From an uncultured Planctomycetia bacterium (GTDB taxonomy: Bacteria; Omnitrophota; Gorgyraeia; 1-14-0-20-64-10), in contig CAZQXN010000009.1 in NCBI GenBank assembly GCA_964597545.1, positions 16 through 64,015 on the forward strand: a DNA stretch of 64,000 nt. The letters run 5' to 3'. This document shows, piece by piece, positions 59,029 to 64,000 of the stretch. Made by a program: the position numbers and the translations under genes. The number at the start of each line of letters is the position of its first letter. The first letter of the stretch is position 1. The notes under the pieces were generated by a model that saw only the letters and a list, made by a program, of their open reading frames with translations, did not search any database and was not told the DNA's origin.

Positions 59029-60002
59029 TGTCCTGGAAGCCGTATGAGTTGACCATTGGGTTGCCGCAGACCAACTACCGGCATTTCGCTGAGGTGAAGT
59101 TGCTCATGGAGGCCGGTAACTTCTTCTGGTGGGCTCTGGGGGAGGCCATGGGCTCCCCTGTATCGAAACTTCGTTCCGACACAGGGGAGCCGCTCTATGC
59201 GACCATCTACTTCATCGAGGAGAACTTCCCGTTCGAGCGCTCCCTGCCGAGTTTCACGTTGGATGACCGGTTGAACTTCTTCGTTGCGCTGCGCACCCTG
59301 AGGAATACAAGCGTCGAGGGCCGCGTTGTCTTTGATCGCGCAGACCGAATTGCTTCCGCGGAGGAGAACAGTTCCTGGTGCACTGAAGGATCTGCCCATC
59401 CATGGGTTCGATACGGCTCCATTTTTGCCGCCCCTGAAGCCGGCACCAACAAGCTGACCGTCGCCTCCCCGGCCAATGCCACCGCAACGAAGCTGCCCCC
59501 GTTGCCGTTTGGGGAGAATCCCGCTCGCATTACGCGAGAAGCAGAGGCCACCGGTCAACTGGGGGTGATCCCAGAGGACTGGGTTTCCTTGGATGCTGCG
59601 GGGTCGGTTTCGGTCACATACGCCATCGATCCGGACCGGGATACCAACGCGGCGGGGTTGGTTTATTTCGCCAATTATGTTGCTTTCATGGAGGTGGCAG
59701 AGCGTCAGGTGCTGGTTCGGCCCACGGCATCGGGCAAAGGGCTTACCAGCGAGCTCCTTGCCCAGCGCCGGGTGCTGCGGCGGAGAATCGCTTATTACGG
59801 CAATGCCAGCTTGTCTGGCCAACTGATGATTGCGGTTTCTCGATTTGCACCGCCGGCCTCATCTGACCTGGTTGGGCTTCGGTACCGCATCACCCTGGCA
59901 GGACAGGAGAAGCCGATCTGTCTCTCAGAGGTGCTGTTTGCCCTTTCGCCGCTGGCCAGTCTACACTCTCAAGGAGCTGCCGCCGAAGGCAAGAAAAGGT
60001 GA
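59025..60002 (+). CDS. LnmK-family double hot-dog acyltransferase/decarboxylase-like protein
   Basis: IGLPQT, LRSDTGEPLYATIY, YAIDPDRDTNAAGLVYFANY, RRIAYYGNA resemble LnmK / Pnap_2097-family motifs. Confidence 0.75.
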   Translation: MMSWKPYELTIGLPQTNYRHFAEVKLLMEAGNFFWWALGEAMGSPVSKLRSDTGEPLYATIYFIEENFPFERSLPSFTLDDRLNFFVALRTLRNTSVEGRVVFDRADRIASAEENSSWCTEGSAHPWVRYGSIFAAPEAGTNKLTVASPANATATKLPPLPFGENPARITREAEATGQLGVIPEDWVSLDAAGSVSVTYAIDPDRDTNAAGLVYFANYVAFMEVAERQVLVRPTASGKGLTSELLAQRRVLRRRIAYYGNASLSGQLMIAVSRFAPPASSDLVGLRYRITLAGQEKPICLSEVLFALSPLASLHSQGAAAEGKKR

Positions 60003-60003
60003 G

Positions 60004-61050
60004 TTGAGTTCTCCATCCGGATCTACCCGTTCCCACTGGCGTCGTCTCTTCGTCTGCTTTGCACTGCTGGCAGCGGTAGATCAAGCGGTCCTACCCGCCC
60101 TGCAAAGCTCAGAAGCCCGCCGGTATGAGTCGACCGACCCGATGCGATTCGGAAATTCAGATCTTTTCCTGATCGGTCCCATGACCGAGTATCTTCGAGA
60201 GCACCCTGTGGGTCTAAAGCCCCGCGCGATCTTCTTAGGGGACTCCATTGTCTGGGGATATCTCCTGGAGACCGGAGAAACGCTTCCGGCGAACTTTCAG
60301 CGTTTTGTTCCAAACGTCAAGGTTTTGAACCTAGGCAGCAACGGTTTTGATGCTGTGAGCGCCTATCTTATGACCAAGGCGCTCATCGATTCGGTCGACA
60401 CCTTCTATTATGTCTATGAGCAGGATGATCTGGATCGTCGGCCCCACCCCCTGCTGGCCCGGCTCATTCCGGTAAGCCCCGAGGATACTTCCCGGTTTGA
60501 GCTTGAACTTCCCCCGCCCTGGGTAGCTACTTTCAACCGCATGGCCCACTTCTGGAAGTTGGCGCGATATTCCTACCGCCTTCAAGGGGCGTTGTTTGGG
60601 AACTCGGGCCGGCAGTACCTGTACTCCAAGGGGAGGCGGCTTGGGAAGTTGCTGCACAACCCTTCGGGGCAGGGGGAGGCTGCGGAAGGGACCAGGAAAG
60701 CTGCTTTGCGCGTGCAGTGGAGTTCCCCCTCAGCCGGAGGTCCCCTTTCCGAAGAGGAGGCGGGCGATTTAGCCAGGCGTCATCCCATGTTGTGGGAGTA
60801 CGCCTCCTTGCTGGCCGGCCACCAAAAGCAAGGGGTCATCATCGAGTTTGCGCATCACAAGAAAATCTTGAGCGACTCGGAGCGACGGAAGTTCAACCGT
60901 CGTTTCCGTCCCTTTGTGGTCTTTGCGAAGCTGACCGTTCCCGATGCTTATCTCATGCCTGATGAAGCCCACCTGGCAGCTGAAGGGACTCGAGCTGTTG
61001 CTTCAACTCTCTCCGAACATGCCAGCCCTTCTCGGTTGCTGTCCAGATGA
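60004..61050 (+). CDS. Membrane-anchored SGNH-hydrolase fold protein (DltD/AlgJ-like)
   Basis: N-terminal TM, FLGDSIVWG, VLNLGSNG, C-terminal DEAHL; start uncertain (TTG 60004). Confidence 0.75.
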   Translation: MSSPSGSTRSHWRRLFVCFALLAAVDQAVLPALQSSEARRYESTDPMRFGNSDLFLIGPMTEYLREHPVGLKPRAIFLGDSIVWGYLLETGETLPANFQRFVPNVKVLNLGSNGFDAVSAYLMTKALIDSVDTFYYVYEQDDLDRRPHPLLARLIPVSPEDTSRFELELPPPWVATFNRMAHFWKLARYSYRLQGALFGNSGRQYLYSKGRRLGKLLHNPSGQGEAAEGTRKAALRVQWSSPSAGGPLSEEEAGDLARRHPMLWEYASLLAGHQKQGVIIEFAHHKKILSDSERRKFNRRFRPFVVFAKLTVPDAYLMPDEAHLAAEGTRAVASTLSEHASPSRLLSR

Positions 61051-62219
61051 TTGTCAATGAACCCCTCTTTATCGCGCTGGTAATTGGGACGGTTTGCACC
61101 TTCTTCCTGGTCCCGGTCCGCTGGCGCCATGGGATCCTGATCCTCTCCGGGATATGCCTCTACCTCTTTTACGCGGCGGAGTTTCTTCCGCTGGTGGCGG
61201 GGCTCGTGCTGCTGACCTATTGGGTCTCGGGGCGCCTTGGGGTCTGGATCAATGTGGCAGCGCTTGTTGGCGTTATGTTCTACTTCAAACTGCAGGGAGG
61301 TTTTGGGGTGATCTCAGCCGGGATCACCCCCGGCCAAACCCTGGTGGACCGACTGGTTTTCCCTTTGGGGTTGTCGTTTCTCACCTTTGAGTTGATCCAT
61401 TTCTCGATTGAGCGCCAACGCGGAAAAATCCCCCAAGCCTCCCTGGCTAGCCTTGCCGCATTTGCCTTTTTCTTCCCGTGCCGCATCGCAGGACCGATCA
61501 AACGCTACCAGCCATTCGAGAAATCGGTGCGGAGCTCGCGATGGTCTGTTGAGCAGCTCTACCGCGGTTTGGTGCGTATCCTGTGGGGGTTCTTGAAGAA
61601 GGTGATGTTGGCCGATCTCCTGGTCCTTGCGGTGCCCTGGATGGGTCAGGCACACCACCCCTTGCAGGTGTGGGGGGGGCTGGTGGCGTATTCCTTTTAC
61701 ATCTTCCTTGATTTCAGCGCCTATTCAGACATCGCCATTGGGATCTCATGGCTGATGGGTTTAAACGTACCGGAGAACTTCCGGGCTCCGTACCTGAGCC
61801 GCAACATCCGAGAATTCTGGAGCCGGTGGCACATTTCCCTTTCCAGTTGGCTGGGGGACTATCTGTTTCTACCGATCAGTAAGCGATTGGCCACCTCGAA
61901 GGTGCATCTGAAGCCTCAAGCAGCTGCCGCGGCAGGCTTCTTGATAACCTTTGCCATCTGCGGGCTGTGGCATGGGCCGTCCGCCAACTTTCTGCTGTGG
62001 GGCCTGTACCATGGTGCGCTGCTCTCTCTGTACTCCTTCTACAGAGCTTCGAGGTTTTCAACCGTGCGTTTGGATGCTATGCTGAAGTGGTGGCCAGCGC
62101 TCCATCAGGTCCTCGCTCCTGGAATCACCTTCCTGGTTGTAACCATTGGCTGGGTTCTCTTTGCAGTGCAGGGCAGTGCCATCCCTGAGGTTTTTCAAGC
62201 GTTGTGGACAGGAAGATGA
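61047..62219 (+). CDS. MBOAT family O-acyltransferase (DltB/AlgI-like)
   Basis: PLGLSFLTF, AGPI, DFSAYSDIAIG, PENFRAPY, FWSRWHISLS, GLWHG. Confidence 0.95.
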   Translation: MIVNEPLFIALVIGTVCTFFLVPVRWRHGILILSGICLYLFYAAEFLPLVAGLVLLTYWVSGRLGVWINVAALVGVMFYFKLQGGFGVISAGITPGQTLVDRLVFPLGLSFLTFELIHFSIERQRGKIPQASLASLAAFAFFFPCRIAGPIKRYQPFEKSVRSSRWSVEQLYRGLVRILWGFLKKVMLADLLVLAVPWMGQAHHPLQVWGGLVAYSFYIFLDFSAYSDIAIGISWLMGLNVPENFRAPYLSRNIREFWSRWHISLSSWLGDYLFLPISKRLATSKVHLKPQAAAAAGFLITFAICGLWHGPSANFLLWGLYHGALLSLYSFYRASRFSTVRLDAMLKWWPALHQVLAPGITFLVVTIGWVLFAVQGSAIPEVFQALWTGR

Positions 62220-62326
62220 GAATCTGGCTGGTGGACATTGCAGTGGGGTTTATTTTGGCTCTCGGGGTGATCCTGGTCGTTTTGTTTTCAACCTTTGATT
62301 CCACCTTTCTCTATCGTGGGTTCTAG
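62216..62326 (+). CDS. 36-aa DltX-like single-TM peptide (not in the ORF track)
   Basis: MRIWLVDIAVGFILALGVILVVLFSTFDSTFLYRGF; ATGA overlap with the MBOAT stop; C-terminal FxYxxF. Confidence 0.82.
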   Translation: MRIWLVDIAVGFILALGVILVVLFSTFDSTFLYRGF

Positions 62327-62328
62327 GA

Positions 62329-62757
62329 ATGCGTAGCGCACAGACAATGCTGCAGCGGCTCCTTTTGGGAGGGGCGATCTATTTCTTGCTGGTTTCGGCT
62401 GCACACATGCTTGGGATCAAGATGCCCCTTCTTTTTGTGTACTTTAGCGTTCCTTCGTATGCTTACCAAGACAGGATCATCTCCTTCTTGTCTTTTGGTT
62501 GGGCGATGTTCTTACTCTCAGGTGTTTCTAGTGTCAAGCAGGGTGCCCTGGAGGTTGTCCGGTATATCCTCTGGGCCGGCTGCGCAGGGGTCATAGGGTT
62601 GTGCGTGATTAACTTCACGTTGGGTTCTGGAGCCGCATCCCGGCGGCTCCTTCCTTTCTGGGTTGAGACAGCGGTGTTTTTTATCTACCTGGTTCTTCTG
62701 GCACGCTGTTACCGCGAAGCGGCAGGGCGAAATATTTCCGGCACATCGCAGCGTTAA
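62329..62757 (+). CDS. Hypothetical membrane protein (about 4 TM helices)
   Basis: Hydrophobic 142-aa ORF with VPSYAYQDRIISF. Confidence 0.75.
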   Translation: MRSAQTMLQRLLLGGAIYFLLVSAAHMLGIKMPLLFVYFSVPSYAYQDRIISFLSFGWAMFLLSGVSSVKQGALEVVRYILWAGCAGVIGLCVINFTLGSGAASRRLLPFWVETAVFFIYLVLLARCYREAAGRNISGTSQR

Positions 62758-62775
62758 ATAAAAAGGAGGCTTGTC

Positions 62776-63744
62776 ATGGTTGGGAGTCAGGAGGTAACGG
62801 CGCAGGATTTAGATACCAAGGTTTTTATTGATGAGAAGACTGCCGAGATTTCCGCCGCGGCGGGAACTGGCGAGGCGATCAACGCCCTTTCGGGCGGGGT
62901 TGATTCCTCTGCCGTGACGATGCTGGGCCACAAGGCCTTAGGCCCACGCCTTAGAACCTATTTTGTTGATAACGGGATTATGCGTGAAGGTGAGCCCCAA
63001 AAGGTGGCCAAGATCTTCAAGGCGCAGGGTGTTCATGTGGAGATTGTTGACGCCCAGGACGAATTCTTCAAGGCACTCAAGGGTATTACTGATCCCGAGG
63101 AAAAGCGGGAGGCCATCACCCAGACCTTCTATAGGGATGTCTTTGGCAGGCTGGTCCGGGAAAGTGGGGCGAAGCACCTGCTGCAGGGCACGATCTTGAC
63201 CGATGTCGATGAGACCGTTGCGGGAATCAAGAGGCAGCACAATGTGTTTGAGCAGCTGGGCATCGATCCGCAAGCCGCTTTTGGCTATAAGATCATTGAG
63301 CCCTTGATCCAACTGCGCAAGGACGGTGTTCGCAAGGTGGCCGAGGCCCTGGGATTGCCTGAGTCGATCTACAACCGCATGCCCTTTCCAGGTCCGGCCC
63401 TCACAGCTCGGGTCATCGGTGAGGCAACGCGAGAGAGGATTGCGACCGTCAGGATTGCTACCCGCATTGTTGAGGAGGAGCTCGCTTCAACCCAGGCGTT
63501 TCAATACATGGCGATTCTACACGAGGACAGAGTCACCGGGATGCGCCAGAACAAGCGGGATTTCGGCTGGCAGCTTGAGATTCGCTGCTGGGACAGCGTG
63601 GATGCCAGGAAGGCAGAGCCGACAAAGCTCCCCTACGATCAGCTCAAGAAGATGGCCGATCGGCTGACGGAAGAGGTTCCCGGGGTGGTCAGCGTGACCT
63701 ACAATATCACCTCCAAGCCTCCCTCCACCATGGAGGCCGTTTAA
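62776..63744 (+). CDS. GMP synthase ATP-pyrophosphatase subunit (stand-alone, no glutaminase domain)
   Basis: LSGGVDSS, DPEEKR, LLQGT, EPL..L.KD.VR, PFPGPAL, ITSKPPSTME; AGGAGG upstream. Confidence 0.88.
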   Translation: MVGSQEVTAQDLDTKVFIDEKTAEISAAAGTGEAINALSGGVDSSAVTMLGHKALGPRLRTYFVDNGIMREGEPQKVAKIFKAQGVHVEIVDAQDEFFKALKGITDPEEKREAITQTFYRDVFGRLVRESGAKHLLQGTILTDVDETVAGIKRQHNVFEQLGIDPQAAFGYKIIEPLIQLRKDGVRKVAEALGLPESIYNRMPFPGPALTARVIGEATRERIATVRIATRIVEEELASTQAFQYMAILHEDRVTGMRQNKRDFGWQLEIRCWDSVDARKAEPTKLPYDQLKKMADRLTEEVPGVVSVTYNITSKPPSTMEAV

Positions 63745-63797
63745 GACATTTTGTTCGAATCATTGCTTTCTGTGCAACTTACGAAGAGGAGCGAAGC

Positions 63798-64000
63798 ATG
63801 AGCGGAATCTTTGGAGTGGTTTCAAAAGAGAGCTGTTCTCAGGATTTGCTCTATGGGACCGATTATCATTCCCATCTCGGGACTGAATTCGGCGGGATGG
63901 CGGTTCTGGGAAAGCTCTTTAACCGTCAGATTCACAGCATTGCCCAGAGCCAATTTAAATCGAAATTCTATGATGATCATAAAAAGATGCAGGGGAACAA
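63798..64000 (+). CDS. Amidophosphoribosyltransferase-like (class II GATase) protein, 3'-truncated by window edge
   Basis: Manual translation MSGIFGVVSKESCSQDLLYGTDYHSHLGTEFGG...; GAGGAG upstream. Confidence 0.7.
   Translation, partial: MSGIFGVVSKESCSQDLLYGTDYHSHLGTEFGGMAVLGKLFNRQIHSIAQSQFKSKFYDDHKKMQGN

Noticed and set aside
1-64000. tRNA, rRNA or riboswitch genes
   Set aside because: Intergenic gaps are short and none shows a cloverleaf or a riboswitch consensus I can recognise; a covariance-model search would be needed to exclude them fully.

Overview
Gene-dense bacterial chromosome segment, mostly housekeeping and energy metabolism. It holds def, cstA, a CCA-adding enzyme, leuCD, thyA-folA, a full complex I split into two convergent operons (nuoA-I on +, nuoJ-N on -, with nuoE-F fused), split transketolase, sdhCDAB, mqnD, Ni-SOD, trxB, mrp/ferredoxin/a degenerate sulfite-nitrite reductase, lipoate ligase plus PDH (aceE-aceF-lpdA), a stand-alone GMP synthase ATPase subunit and the 5' end of a PurF-like gene. 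No rRNA, tRNA, CRISPR array or transposase was seen. Two loci stand out. (1) 57.9-62.3 kb is a Dlt/Alg-like envelope acylation operon: methyltransferase, DltC-like carrier protein, LnmK-family acyltransferase/decarboxylase, SGNH protein, MBOAT and a 36-aa DltX-like peptide ending FLYRGF that the ORF track misses. An LnmK enzyme appears to stand where the DltA adenylation enzyme would be. (2) 29.9-38.4 kb is a roughly 2835-aa signal-peptide protein broken by one frameshift in a C6 run. It is built from modules delimited by GLEE motifs, carrying cupin-like and multiple helix-turn-helix-like segments. Also present are a dispersed GGTACCGGGTACA palindromic element (one copy translated as the SdhD tail) and many apparently leaderless promoters. 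The GLEE-type giant gene suggests Omnitrophota/PVC-like affinity, but that is a low-confidence inference. All calls come from motif recognition by eye; no searches were run.
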